The notes under the pieces: generated by a model
Told to the model about the DNA's origin: nothing
The model's database searches: none
The model's input: only the letters and a program-made list of their open reading frames with translations
Position numbers and translations under genes: made by a program
Shown: one piece after another, positions 63,326-64,000 of the stretch
Layout of the letters: every line of letters begins with the position of its first letter
Position numbering within the stretch: the first letter of the stretch is position 1
IMG/VR virus record: IMGVR_UViG_3300040811_001959
Length of the DNA: 64,000 nt
Reading direction: 5' to 3' (one strand)
Origin: a virus
Taxonomy: Duplodnaviria; Caudoviricetes

Positions 63326-64000
63326 TTAAGCGATTGTTGTGTCTTGATTTGCTATTACTACCCAGCCAGTTGTACCATATATTAATGTTATAGTTTGATT
63401 TATAGCAGTAAATGTAATTGTAGTACCATTTGCAAATGTAGCTGGCTCTACTGTTCCATTGCCACTACTTCCTACCATGCTTAATATTTTAAGTTGACCT
63501 GCTGTGCCGTTTGCAAGAGTATATGCATCAGTTCCTGTTGTTGTAATTTCCGTAACTAAGGTTTCTAGGTCAATTGTACCTGGACCAGTTAAAGTTTGCA
63601 CACCGCCAATATACCCGCCAGCTGCTGTTATATTTCCAGCAACATGTAGTTTTGTAGCAGGAGCATAAACACCAATACCAAGATTTCCACTGTTGTTTAA
63701 AATTAATGTATTGCTTTCAGGAAAGGATCCTTGACTATCACCAATAACCCAGTACATCGATGTACGTCCGCCACCGAAAAATGATTCTACTATTTCACCG
63801 TTTATATCATATCTAGAGAAATATATTCGACCTCTGTCACTGTTTTGCGATGACATATCAACTATATCTTCAGTTGCTATTAAATTTAGTATAGGCCCGT
63901 TTGTTGGTACTAGAATTTTTATGTCAGCAGTCGGCGTCATTGTAAGAGAACCAGTTAAGTCACCCGAAAGATTACCAGTAACATCACCAGTAACATCACC
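63326..64000 (-). CDS. Tail-fibre-like protein, 5'-truncated by window edge
   Basis: Frame stays open from 63940 to base 64000, adding GDVTGDVTGNLSGDLTGSLT. Contains GNLGIGVYAPATKLHVAGNI (fibre repeat) and a Thr/Gly-rich C-terminal beta domain. Confidence 0.7.
   Translation of the reverse strand, partial: GDVTGDVTGNLSGDLTGSLTMTPTADIKILVPTNGPILNLIATEDIVDMSSQNSDRGRIYFSRYDINGEIVESFFGGGRTSMYWVIGDSQGSFPESNTLILNNSGNLGIGVYAPATKLHVAGNITAAGGYIGGVQTLTGPGTIDLETLVTEITTTGTDAYTLANGTAGQLKILSMVGSSGNGTVEPATFANGTTITFTAINQTITLIYGTTGWVVIANQDTTIA
63974..64000. repeat. 12-bp tandem repeat (ACCAGTAACATC x2 plus ACC) encoding GDVT repeats
   Basis: Directly visible at the window end; coding repeat of the fibre gene. 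Confidence 0.8.

Noticed and set aside
1-64000. Stop-codon recoding (TAG/TGA reassignment) or selenocysteine, as in some large phages
   Set aside because: ORFs tile the window intact under code 11, and TAA, TGA and TAG all terminate genes at tight junctions.
1-64000. tRNA/rRNA genes, CRISPR arrays, intrinsic terminators, transposases
   Set aside because: The largest non-coding gap is 59 nt; no cloverleaf, spaced repeats, GC hairpin with U-tract or transposase/integrase motifs were seen.

Overview
This AT-rich, wall-to-wall coding window looks like part of a large T4-like (contractile-tail) phage genome. The standard genetic code applies, and I found no tRNA, rRNA, CRISPR array or mobile element. 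Bases 1-30.9 kb form a + strand virion module: a partial baseplate hub, a gp5/VgrG-like spike, gp25-like and gp6-like wedge proteins, a 5,521-aa giant baseplate/adhesin protein, a fibre-attachment-like protein, three paralogous tail fibres and a Ser/Thr-rich virion protein. Bases 31.2-63.3 kb form an uninterrupted island of about 34 small-molecule/glycan/lipid-type tailoring genes in two convergent operons that meet at 55,962-55,978. The island holds 7 radical SAM genes (8 domains: five with an N-terminal twitch, two with a C-terminal twitch, one B12-binding), about 9 Fe(II)/2OG-type oxygenases (AspH/LpxO-like, TauD-like, other DSBH) and 4 or more GT-A glycosyltransferase domains. It also encodes an AsnB-like amide ligase, a NeuA/KdsB-like cytidylyltransferase, 2 SGNH proteins, a nitroreductase, methyltransferases, a PLP enzyme, a GNAT-like protein, an alpha/beta hydrolase and a fatty-acid desaturase. 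A further fibre-like gene (partial, - strand) closes the window, so fibre/virion genes bracket the island on both sides. T4-late-promoter-like ATAA(A/G)TA motifs precede both operons. The best candidate for an undescribed system is this phage-encoded, probably late-expressed biosynthetic cluster, which may hypermodify the virion surface or a glycan/lipid. The substrate is inferred, not shown. All family calls come from motif reading by eye, without database searches.
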